From NCBI GenBank assembly GCA_051530055.1, contig CM121341.1:17834784-17898783 (forward strand): a DNA stretch of 64,000 nt, given 5' to 3'. The notes beneath the pieces are model-generated. The model was not told where the DNA came from. It ran no database searches and worked only from the letters and a program-made list of their open reading frames with translations. This DNA is from Neoechinorhynchus agilis (taxonomy: Eukaryota > Animalia > Acanthocephala). Position numbers and translations under genes: made by a program. Every line of letters starts with the position of its first letter. The first letter of the stretch is position 1. Below, piece by piece: positions 24,780-36,075 of the stretch.

Positions 24780-26238
24780 GTGCCACATGTCACACTTTTT
24801 GTTAAATATATTAAAATTTAATTAATTTATGTTTGTTATTTGATTTAGCAGCAATATACGCATTGATGAATTAAGCTAGCGTTATGCAATTGTTTTCACA
24901 ATTAAGATGAATAATCGGAAGCAAACGATAACATAATGGTGCATGCTACTGGCATTTCACTAATTTGTTTCCCATCAAGTAAAATTTCGCACTGTCTTAA
25001 AATACCGGTAATTAAATTATGCATGATTTTAAGCTTTAATTACAGTGGTTCATATCAAAAGTGAAAAGATCAATTTTGAAAATATGGGCAGCAGTATAAC
25101 CCTTTGTCAATTTAATTTAATCACATCGTAAAACCTAAATACGATAAAAATTAATCACGATCATAAAATCAAATCAAGCTTTTTGGCTAAATGATTAATA
25201 AGACCCTGCAGAATTTTTGACTTCTATACCGGCTTAGTAATCAATCAAAAAAAATGCATAGCGGATTGATAAGAAAATCAAGATTTATGTCGAATTATCT
25301 GCCTTTACTGATTAATGCGATCAATCAAAATTGATATTGTTTTTTAAGTGTGCTGCGTGAAATTCAAAAGATGATTAAAAGGCACTAATGATGTTGTATT
25401 CCAAAAGTATGTCTTATACTTAGAATTTAAGCATAATCTCTAGTAGTTTGTCGTGCATACCAAAATGGCTAAATCGCGTACAATTCGACGTGGATGCTCG
25501 TCTAAAGCTAATTGAAGTCTGGAAACCCAATTTTTTCACAGTTTATCGTGAAAATAAACAAAGTTAGTCTGTTCACCTTCACTTTAAGTTACGAATAAAA
25601 ATGGACTATTTTATGAATTATTTGCAAAACTCAATTGTTCATGACACGCTTGTTCATTTATTAAACCTCTTAAGCATTATAACCAACAATTATGAAACTA
25701 TATAACCGAATCCGGCCAAAAGGGTACTTCAGTTTCAGCGATCGTGCTATAGGTTCCAAACTTCGTTGTTTCCTAACTTTTACGTGCCTGGGTTTGCTTT
25801 AATTAAAATAAAAGGATATATTTTATCCCTGGTATCGAAAAATGGATGATATTGCTTGAGGGAAATATCTTTAGGTCAGCACTGACTTCAATGGCATTTT
25901 AAAGTTACTATCCGGTTCGATAATAAATAGACTTAATTTTTGACTCAGTATCGAACTAATCTTACATGAGAAATCTTTCCGATAGCGTTAAATCCTCAAT
26001 CATTGCAAATTTACTAAGCATAAATCATAGAATTTATTCAGCGAAATATCATTTTACTCGTATCAAAAGGTTTAAATCAAATAAAACTGAATCACTTTTC
26101 CTGTTGAGAACGAAAGCATACTTTTAAAAATGCAACAAACACACAATCGACGTCACTGAGCAATATTTAAATAAGTATCAAATATATACGTTTTGTTGAA
26201 TCGTGATTTTTTAATAAAAACTGCACTACGAACATTCA

Positions 26239-26715
26239 ATGGAAAGGCATGAACGAGAAATCGAAGAGGTATGGAAAGTTGCAGTTGAAAACTATAATAA
26301 TAACATACGAAAACGATCAACAAGGAAAACCCAAACTGAACGACAAAGAAGAGAAAGATGTGTAAAGATTTTGCGCGATCTTGGACGGGAGTTACCCGCT
26401 TTGACCATGGAAACTTCATGCGAGTGCTTTCTTCAACGAACGTTCAATCACGTTAGACAATGGAAACTTAACTGCATTTTATTGAAACTTGTTTTTAAAG
26501 GCAAGCTGAGTGAACTTGAATGTAAATATTTCGTCTCAGCTGAGGGATATGAGATTGAGAAGGCAATTGGGCGGATCAAGATGGAATATAGCAACCTACC
26601 AAAGATTTATTACAAAAATTTGAGTTCACTTAAGCACAAGTGGAATTGTTGGAACAAGAGTAGATCGATGCCCGTATTTAAGAAACGGCCTCCAGGAAAG
26701 TGTAGGCGAAAATGA
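26239..26715 (+). CDS. Divergent bHLH protein, paralog of 23814
   Basis: TERQRRERCVKILRDLGRELP...FLQRTFNHVR...KGKLSELECK aligns without gaps to the 23814 bHLH and its C-terminal extension. Confidence 0.65.
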   Translation: MERHEREIEEVWKVAVENYNNNIRKRSTRKTQTERQRRERCVKILRDLGRELPALTMETSCECFLQRTFNHVRQWKLNCILLKLVFKGKLSELECKYFVSAEGYEIEKAIGRIKMEYSNLPKIYYKNLSSLKHKWNCWNKSRSMPVFKKRPPGKCRRK

Positions 26716-28480
26716 ATAGCGAATAATAAGTCTTTAGAATAATTGCATTTTATTAATTGAGAAACAATTCCCAATTGCTAACTTTTAACTCATGATTTTG
26801 AAGTTCTGTACGTTTTAGATAAGAAATGATGAAATCATCAAAGGGATTGTATAAATATATAAACGTCACAAGTGAGGAAAAGTTTAAATGGAAAGTGCTT
26901 ATACCTGATTTTATGCAAGAAACTTCAAACATTCCTAAACGCGAAATGTACAAGTCCATTACTTTTTGTCTAGTCTAGCTTGAGGATTAAACACATTTTG
27001 CTAGTTCGTTTCTCCTGATCCTTACATCATCGAATTGGATTTTTTTATGTAAAACAATCGAAAATTGTCTTATAGGTTACACTACGAACTTCTCGAAACT
27101 TTAAAGACTGCTTAATTATAACGCCATAAATATTACATCCCTTCATATCACTAAACAACCCGCGTGGTCCAAAGCCTCTTCTATTTATTTTTTCCCTTTT
27201 GAATCCTTTAACTTCAGGTTTATGTGAGTCAAAAATTTCCTTCTAATACCTGTAAAGCGCGACAATTTTTATAGAATGTACTGATTAATTTAATGCAACG
27301 CTTTGACTGAGATAAATTTTTGCTGTTTCAATTTTCGTGATATTCCTTGCTGTAAAGCAATCCATTGCTATTCTTCACCTTGACATTCGGTCTAGCCGCA
27401 CTTAAAGAGATTCACTAATGTCTCTAAAGGCATATTGTAAGGAATTCGAGCGTGAATCAGTACTGCATTCAGAAAAGCATTAGGTATGACCCTTAATGCA
27501 GCGAAGTTTGACATGGAGCCACAGAACGGTTTTGGAACCGTCTACATTGATATATTGAAGGTTGATAAAATGAGCGTCTTAATTCAATGTCTTGATTCGA
27601 ACAATTTAAATGTTATTTCAATGAGCTGCTGAAGATTACACTTAAAGTCGCTTTATTAAACGTATTTGTTACTCATCGCGTCGGATGATAGTGGCGTTTT
27701 CCACTACCTTTTTACTAGAAGGGAAAGAAAAACAACTGCTTTTGTGAGCAATGAAACTTTGACTCAAAGTTTTAAATGTGGTTACATTTGTCTATTCTGA
27801 GGGCTTTATAAACGCTTTCGCATTAAAGAAGGATGCAGAACGTTCTGATACTTCGTAAAGCTATAACAAACCCGTTTTGTCTACCTAACGCACAGAAAGT
27901 ATAAATGCGGCATTTCAAATGGCGATAATGATGGTCTGATTTTCCGAATTTAAAATTGAATGGGCTTAAAGTGGAACGTTGGAATTTCAAAAATATCTCC
28001 TACGGCAATGCCTGAAGATGTTTAACACCTTCTATTTTGATGTGAAATAGTACTCCAGCTATCTAGACAGAAACGATACAGTCTACCTGGTAGTTAAGGA
28101 AATTTGATATTGCTGCAAAGCGAAATAAAGCATTTATTGCCGTTGTCGACATTGACTTTTTATTTTTTGGAATAAGGCACCGAGCTGATAAAATGATTAC
28201 CGAAAATCTCGGTATGGAAGTTAAAGGTTATATGTGATATGGAACTATGATTTCAATTTAAATCAATATCTCAATTTAATAGGATTTCGTCCTCTCTAAG
28301 TACGTAAATACGATAAATCCTTCGGAAGGGCCCCTATCGCTCGTATTTCTTGGCCGATCTGCGCTTTCATTTATAGTTTTTATCCTCGATTTTATATAGA
28401 ATTAGCGTTTATACAGGAATTTAAGGTAAAAACGCGTTATTCTCTTTGATAGCACCTAAAACACAACATCCTTTCGGAAG

Positions 28481-29001
28481 ATGTCAGGAGATAGCGACTG
28501 GAAAGGGAATCGGACACTACATAAGATCTTATATTCCTTTCTTTGACTACAAGATCCGATGTTATAAACAAATCCTTTCAATCTAACACAGATTATAGTT
28601 CCAAAGTACTGAAATCAAAAGAGAAATTAAATGTGCTACCCAGTATTCAAGACTTACAGGATGCCATTATGTCAGCCAACGATGAAATAATAGATTACAG
28701 CGACAGCGAAATGGATTCATTGAGAGACCGAAATTCATTAATGGACGCAATGTTCGACTCATTTCTCGATTCTACGGTAATGTTACCGGCTTGCCAGTCT
28801 GCACTTGAATCCTATGACAGAGGACAGATCGACGAGGAAAACTATAGAAAGCAGAGAGAAATAATCATGAAGCTTTGTGATCTGTACAGAGAAAATCCAA
28901 TGCCAAAAGAAGAAATTTTCAATCAGTTTAGAGAACTTGAGAAATTGGGAGATCCACCGCCTCGATTGATCAGTGCGTTAGATAATTGTAACGTAATGTG
29001 A
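28481..29001 (+). CDS. PEX19: Peroxisomal biogenesis factor 19 (5' exon structure uncertain)
   Basis: MDAMFDSFLDSTVMLP, YRKQREIIMKLCDLY and LEKLGDPPPRL match the Pex19 C-terminal domain, and the protein ends in a CaaX box (CNVM*). Likely ATG at 28481. Confidence 0.8.
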
Positions 29002-29039
29002 TTTAATTAGGAACATCGCAATCAAGAAGAGTAAATGAA

Positions 29040-29772
29040 GACAAGGGAGGTGGGACTGTTTTTTGAAGGGGTGTTGATGTGGGATCGGAGGCTTTGTAAA
29101 GGAGATGACAAATTAGGAGTCTTTCCTTGTTCTCTGGTTATTAAGGAAAGATTGGTTTGGGGGAGGAAAGATTTTTGGTAGATAGTGGTACGAGCGAGGG
29201 GGGATGAAAAAGGTTGGGGTTACGGGTGTTTACGAAGGAAGAGTATTTAGAGAGAAGAAGACGGAGTGCGTTTTTGGAGAAAATGGAGAGGAGGTGGGCG
29301 TCGAGGGGAGGAGTGAAGTCCCACATATTTTCGCTGCTCTCTTATGGAAGGTTTCGAGGGAATGGAGAGCATTGGTGGAAAGGGCGAGGAAAGTGGGGAA
29401 GGCGTATGTAAATATAGGAAGGATGGCAGAAAGATAAAAGTGGGCAAGGTGTTAAGGGGATACAACGCGACGCCGGAGGAGTTTGAGGAGGTAAAGACGA
29501 GGATTATCTTTAGAGAGGGTAAATGAAATGTGGGCATACCATTTAGGGTTTTCTTGGAAAGTCAGGCCCAGTATTCGGAGAGAAGAGGAGTGTTGGAGGG
29601 GGAGAGGGAGAGGCGCGGGGATAAGGTTGCGTTTGGAAATGTGGGGGACAAGCTCAAAAGATTTGGATAAATTTAGGGAGAGGTTTAGGGTGGAGAGCGA
29701 GGAAATGAGATAGTTGAGCTCGTCCATGGTTGTGGAGAGGGAGAGAGAGGGAGATGCGATGGAAATGACGGT
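29040..29772 (-). mobile_element. Second L2/CR1-group RT fragment
   Basis: Near-identical reverse-strand copy of ~8400-9140. Confidence 0.9.
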
Positions 29773-30380
29773 GAGATCATCTAAGTTACTAAGCGCCATA
29801 TCTAAGTTTGTTCAGTCAAACTTTTTTAAAAGTAAAATTTACGAACAAAGTTCACGGAAAAGCAACTTAAACACCAATGTTCGTTGGGAAAATAATCTGC
29901 CATGAAAGAGATCTTTACTTAGCTCGGCACTTAGATTTAAGGAGTTATCGAGTAGACTCCAAGCCAAGACAGGAAATACAAGAGCTGGTGCCTTCCTACG
30001 CGAAAACATTGGTCTCGCGATCCAAAGAAACGCAGCGAGCGTCGTCGCGGCCGCTGAGAGGAGGGCGAATCCTCTACTTCGAGGACGGCGGTCATCTTTT
30101 AACGTTTCTTAGAAAATCAAAAATTACTTCATAAAAGAAAATTACTAAAAATAAGATATGCTTAACATTTCAGATCGCCAGCAGTAACAATGTCTGATCA
30201 CGGATTCTTCCGTATTTTATGGTTGAATGCGTTGTTTTCCTTATTCATAAACGAATTCTTCACAGCAGAAAATGTGAGGACATGGTGATGGTAGTTTCGA
30301 AATATAAGTTCCCGTTATAATTGGGAATTTGGTCACTGTCTTTATGGCGGTAACTGCCACATTTTCGATTTTGTGATCTC

Positions 30381-33300
30381 TGAATAATTCCGGTCATCCT
30401 TCTACGCTGTTTAGTCTTCGATGCTCGATGCAGTGCGCCTGTGTTTCTTGCATTCGTTAGCCTTTTATTTAGTATTCTCAGAAATCAAAGGCGATTAAGA
30501 ACGACGTCCTTAGTGTTTTATTTTTTAAATATAAGCACAAAGACGGAAGACGAAATTTATTAGTTTTTTGAAAGAACCTGGGATAAATTCGGTAGTATAA
30601 TCTGACCGTTTTCACAAATCAATGTGCAATCAATCGAGTTAGATCTTTTAAAATAATAAAACGATTGTTAAACTCTTTTGAATTGACGCACTTGTTAATT
30701 TTTGTTTTCATCGCTTCTCATCATTGTTGAGGGCTTCACTGCATGCGGGATTGCAATCAAATTTTTCTTTAACATTTATTTAGTCAACGGGGACGATCGC
30801 CGGACGTCACGGGCAGGCAGTTTTGCAGGCTACTCCTTTATCAGAATGTGTTAAGGCAAATCTATTTTACTTCATCAAAATCAATAATCATTTGTGTGTT
30901 CGGTCGTACTATCCCCATCGATATACTATCAGGCACAGATTCAATCACTAAATGATCGAAACGGTTCCGATTACATTAAATCCAAAGAAGCTTGTCGTTA
31001 CGATTTCCCCAAAAAAAAAAAATCCATTAAAATGCTTCTCACATTCCAAACGAATCGTTCAGATCAAGGCAGATATATTTTTTTATACAATGTATTCAAG
31101 TGGTTTGATGAATAATTCCGGTCATGCTTCTACGCTGTTTAGTCGTCGTTGCTCGATGCAGTGCGCCTGTGGTTCTAGCATTCGTTAGCCTTTTATTTAG
31201 TATTCTCAGAAATCAAAGGCGATAGAAAACGACGTGATTAGTGTTTTATTTTTTAAATATAAGCACAAAGACCGAACACGAAATTTATTAGTTTTTTGAA
31301 AGAATCTGGGATAAATTCGGTAGTATAATCTGACCGTTTTCACAAATCAATGTGCCATCAATCGAGTTAGATCTTTTAAAATAATGAAACGATTGTTAAA
31401 CTCTTTTGAATTGACGCACTTGTTAATTTTTGTTTTCATCGCTTCTCATCATGGTTGAGGGCTTCACTGCATGCGGGATTGCAATCAAATTTTTCTTTAA
31501 TATTTATTTAGTCAACGGGGACGATCGCCGGACGTGACGGGCACTGCGTTTTGCAGGCTGCCTTTTATCAGAATGTGTTACAATCTATTTTACCATCAAA
31601 ATCAATAATCATTTGTGCGTTCGGTCGTACTATCCCCATCGATATACTATCAGGCACAGATTCGATCACTAAAATGATCGAAACGGTCCTGATTACATTA
31701 AAATCCAAAGAAGCTTGTCTGCGCCGATTTCCCGATCGGTATTAAAATGCTTCTCACATTCAAACGAATCGTTCAGATGAAGGCAGATATATTTTTTTAT
31801 ACAATGTATTCAAGTGGTTTGATGAATAATTCCGGTCATCCTTCTACGCTGCTTAGTCTTAGTTGCTCGATGCAGTGCGCCTGTGTTTTTGCATTCGTTA
31901 GCCTTTTATTTAGTATTCTCAGAAATCAAAGGCGATAGAAAACGACGATTAGTGTTTTATTTTTTAAATATAAGCACAAAGACCGAACACGAAATTTATT
32001 AGTTTTTTGAAAGAATCTGGGATAATCAGCATAATCTGACTGCTTTCACAAATCAATGTGCCATCAATCGAGTTAGATCTTTTAAAATAATAAAATTAAT
32101 CGTTAAACTCTTTTGAATTCGACGCACTTGTTAATTTTTGTTTTCATCGCTTCTCATCATGGTTGAGGGCTTCACTGCATGCGGGATTGCAATCAAATTT
32201 TTCTTTAATATTTATTTAGTCAACGGGGACGATCGCCGGACGTGACGGGCACTGCGTTTTGCAGGCTGCCTTTTATCAGAATGTGTTACAATCTATTTTA
32301 CCATCAAAATCAATAATCATTTGTGCGTTCGGTCGTACTATCCCCATCGATATACTATCAGGCACAGATTCGATCACTAAAATGATCGAAACGGTCCTGA
32401 TTACATTAAAATCCAAAGAAGCTTGTCTGCGCCGATTTCCCGATCGGCATTAAAATGCTTCTCACATTCAAACGAATCGTTCAGATCAAGGCAGATATAT
32501 TTTTTTATACAATGTATTCAAGTGGTTTGATGAATAATTCCGGTCATGCTTCTACGCTGTTTAGTCGTCGTTGCTCGATGCAGTGCGCCTGTGGTTCTAG
32601 CATTCGTTAGCCTTTTATTTAGTATTCTCAGAAATCAAAGGCGATAGAAAACGACGTGATTAGTGTTTTATTTTTTAAATATAAGCACAAAGACCGAACA
32701 CGAAATTTATTAGTTTTTTGAAAGAATCTGGGATAAATTCGGTAGTATAATCTGACCGTTTTCACAAATCAATGTGCCATCAATCGAGTTAGATCTTTTA
32801 AAATAATAAAACGATTGTTAAACTCTTTTGAATTGACGCACTTGTTAATTTTTGTTTTCATCGCTTCTCATCATGGTTGAGGGCTTCACTGCATGGGGAT
32901 TGCAATCAAATTTTTCTTTAATATTTATTTAGTCAACGGGGACGATCGCCGGACGTGACGGGCAGTGCGTTTTGCAGGCTACCTTTATCAGAATGTGTTA
33001 CAATCTATTTTACCATCAAAATCAATAATCATTTGTGCGTTCGGTCGTACTATCCCCATCGATATACTATCAGGCACAGATTCGATCACTAAAATGATCG
33101 AAACGGTCCTGATTATATTAAAATCCAAAGAAGCTTGTCTGCGCCGATTTCCTGATCAGCATTTAAATGCTTCTCACATTCAAACGAATCGTTCAGATGA
33201 AGGCAGATATATTTTTTTATACAATGTATTCAAGTGGTTTGATGAATAATTCCGGTCATCCTTCTACGCTGCTTAGTCTTAGTTGCTCGATGCAGTGCGC

Positions 33301-34080
33301 CTGTGTTTCTTGCATTCGTTAGCCTTTTATTTATTATTCTCAGAAATCAAAGGCGATAGAAAACGACGTGATTAGTGTTTTATTTTTTAAATATAAGCAC
33401 AAAGACCGAACACGAAATTTATTAGTTTTTTGAAAGAATCTGGGATAAATTCGGTAGTATAATCTGACCGTTTTCACAAATCAATGTGCCATCAATCGAG
33501 TTAGATCTTTTAACACAATAAAACGATTGTTAAACTCTTTTGAATTGACGCACTTGTTAATTTTTGTTTTCATCGCTTCTCATCATTGTTGAGGGCTTCA
33601 CTGCATGCGGGATTGCAATCAAATTTTTCTTTAACATTTATTTAGTCAACGGGGACGATCGCCGGACGTCACGGGCAGTGCGTTTTGCAGGCTACCTTTA
33701 TCAGAATGTGTTACAATCTATTTTACCATCAAAATCAATAATCATTTGTGCGTTCGGTCGTACTATCCCCATCGATATACTATCAGGCACAGATTCAATC
33801 ACTAAAATGATCGAAACGGTCCTGATTACATTAAAATCCAAAGAAGCTTGTCTGCGCCGATTTCCCGATCGGTATTAAAATGCTTCTCACATTCAAACGA
33901 ATCGTTCAGATCAAGGCAGATATATTTTTTTATACAATGTATTCAAGTGGTTTGATGAATAATTCCGGTCATGCTTCTACGCTGTTTAGTCGTCGTTGCT
34001 CGATGCAGTGCGCCTGTGGTTCTAGCATTCGTTAGCCTTTTATTTAGTATTCTCAGAAATCAAAGGCGATTTAAGAACGA
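30381..34080. repeat. Tandem array of ~710-nt units (5 full plus 1 partial)
   Basis: tgaataattccggtcat recurs at 30381, 31109, 31823, 32531, 33243 and 33956. Confidence 0.97.
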
Positions 34081-34099
34081 ATGGTGAATTGTAAGTTAA

Positions 34100-34680
34100 T
34101 AGTTTTCGTAGAATCAAAGCATTTTATACCCTCTTACTTTCATGGGCAATCGTGATCTAAGTTACTAATCGAGCTAGATTTTAGCGAAGCTTTTAAGCAT
34201 TTTAACGGAGCATTTTTATAAAGCTTCGGGTCATGTATAAAATTGTAACGATTCTCATTTTAATAGCCAGATATCTACTCGAATCAAAATCCTTTTTTGC
34301 AACATTAACTCATGGCGTACTCAATTCTATTTCCAATATGGAGTCTCGCAAGTATATCCGCTTTCGCCCACACTCGTTTTCGTTGTCATCATCTTTATAA
34401 ACGTTGGAAATCAAACTATTTTCATCCAGTTAACTACATGGATGATATTCGTGATGTTGAATCACAAAATTTTTAAGTTTCTGTACTCCAAGGTCTCGGC
34501 AAATTTTAGTCTTAAATCATTTTGACAATTACCAAACTCTCAAGATAAGAGAGTTACTTTTTACGATGTTGCAAACGAATATCTTATGCGGATTCTCGAT
34601 GTTATTTCTGCAAACTCAAACCTCAAGTTTAGTAGTCCATATGAACACAAATAAATATATGCCAACTACGCCATGATTGT
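34100..34680 (-). pseudogene. Possible decayed paralog of the LRR gene
   Basis: Stop-ridden fragments LESLVIV..NDLRLKFAETLE and LYMTRSFIKMLR resemble LHELSIV..NVTLDFAESIE and MYVKGSFVSHLR of the 9292 gene. Confidence 0.3.
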
Positions 34681-35017
34681 TTTATAGATAATGAACAATA
34701 ATCGGTCACTAAACAAATCAATAGCAGAGAAGAATACAACTGAGAGATTGAATGAGAACAATTGAACACTTAGGTTTATCTCTTTGCTCGATTCAATAAA
34801 AACCTAAATTAGGACTGCTGACTTGTAATTTGATCTGAGTGTGATCAAATGTGTTTGGTGTTCTTTAATTAAATTAAAATTTAGGGGTATGAAACAATAT
34901 TGTTAATGAACGATAGCTTTGACTTTCTATGTTCAATGTAGCACATTTCATTCGACAAATGAAAAGTCGCTGCTTAGCAACAAGCGACAGTAAACTGCAT
35001 CTTTTCAATGCAAACGA

Positions 35018-35983
35018 ATGATAATGGTGCCACCGACAGGTTCGTATATTTCGATCGCTTCTGTTAAAGTGATCGATTCTTTAGTTTTGGTTGTAATCGC
35101 CTTGCACATTTCGACACTGTTGAGTAAATCCTATTTGGACAGAACGACGAATACTCCTCGATTATCCACTTCATCTTCAACTTATGAAGCAAAGCCCACA
35201 TCCGAGGCAACGGTTCGCCATGCTGAGCTAATTCCCAAAGATACAGCAACCACTGAGGAAGACGTTAATGCTGTCGCAAATTTCAAGACAATGGCACCGA
35301 CTTCCAATCTTCCCTCCGATGAAATTCCGCCTGAAATTCAATTACCACAATTAACGACACCGGCGACAATCTCTCGGTTACCCACTTCATCTTCAAGTTA
35401 TCAAGCAAATACCGCACCCGAGACAATGGCTCACCACGCTGTGCCAATTCCAAAAGATGAAATAACCGCTGGGGAAGACGTTAAAGCTGTCACAATTACG
35501 GAGACAATGATACCGACTACCAATCTTCCCTCCACTAAAATTCCGCCTGAAATTCAATTTACGCAGTTAGTGGATACGACAAATGCTCCTCGATTACCCA
35601 CTTCATCTTCAACTCATAAAATAAAATCCACATCCGAGACAACAGCTCACCATGTTGTGCAAATACTAAAAGATGAAGCAAATACTGGAAAAGGCGTTAA
35701 AGCTGTCACAAATTTCGAGACAATGATGCCGACTAAAGGATCCTCAGAGGAAGGTGGAAATGTTAACAAAATGTGGGAAACGTTACTTTTAATCCTACTT
35801 TTGATATTGATCCCAATTCTACTTGTGGTATGCCTCGCTTTTTTTATCCATGAAAAGCGCAAGAATCAGAGTGAATCATATTCCGAATCGTCTTCTGTCT
35901 CGGATTCAGAATTATCTGGAACGAATACGGAAACTACTAAAGCTGGCAAAAATGCATATCAAACGTATTTTGAAACGAACTAG
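35018..35983 (+). CDS. Mucin-like type I membrane protein with three ~72-aa S/T/P repeats
   Basis: Repeat period 216 nt (35159, 35375, 35591), TM helix LLLILLLILIPILLVVCLAFFI, Ser-rich cytoplasmic tail. True start uncertain. Confidence 0.8.
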   Translation: MIMVPPTGSYISIASVKVIDSLVLVVIALHISTLLSKSYLDRTTNTPRLSTSSSTYEAKPTSEATVRHAELIPKDTATTEEDVNAVANFKTMAPTSNLPSDEIPPEIQLPQLTTPATISRLPTSSSSYQANTAPETMAHHAVPIPKDEITAGEDVKAVTITETMIPTTNLPSTKIPPEIQFTQLVDTTNAPRLPTSSSTHKIKSTSETTAHHVVQILKDEANTGKGVKAVTNFETMMPTKGSSEEGGNVNKMWETLLLILLLILIPILLVVCLAFFIHEKRKNQSESYSESSSVSDSELSGTNTETTKAGKNAYQTYFETN

Positions 35984-36075
35984 TTTGATTGATCTTTAAA
36001 TTACCACGATTTTTTATTTTGAGTATAAATTGAGTTTACGTTTTTAATAAAGCGGTTATCTCTTTTACGTATATA

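Noticed and set aside
27300-28150. Minus-strand gene with 24-nt introns
   Set aside because: The apparent GT-AG pairs did not yield a stop-free frame.
31436-31450. ATCGCTTCTC, like the U2 snRNA 5' end, in the 710-nt unit
   Set aside because: The match stops after 10 nt and there is no branch-point pairing region.
30894-33878. Repeated 64-104-aa ORFs in the 710-nt array
   Set aside because: Indels shift the frame between copies and there is no recognisable domain.
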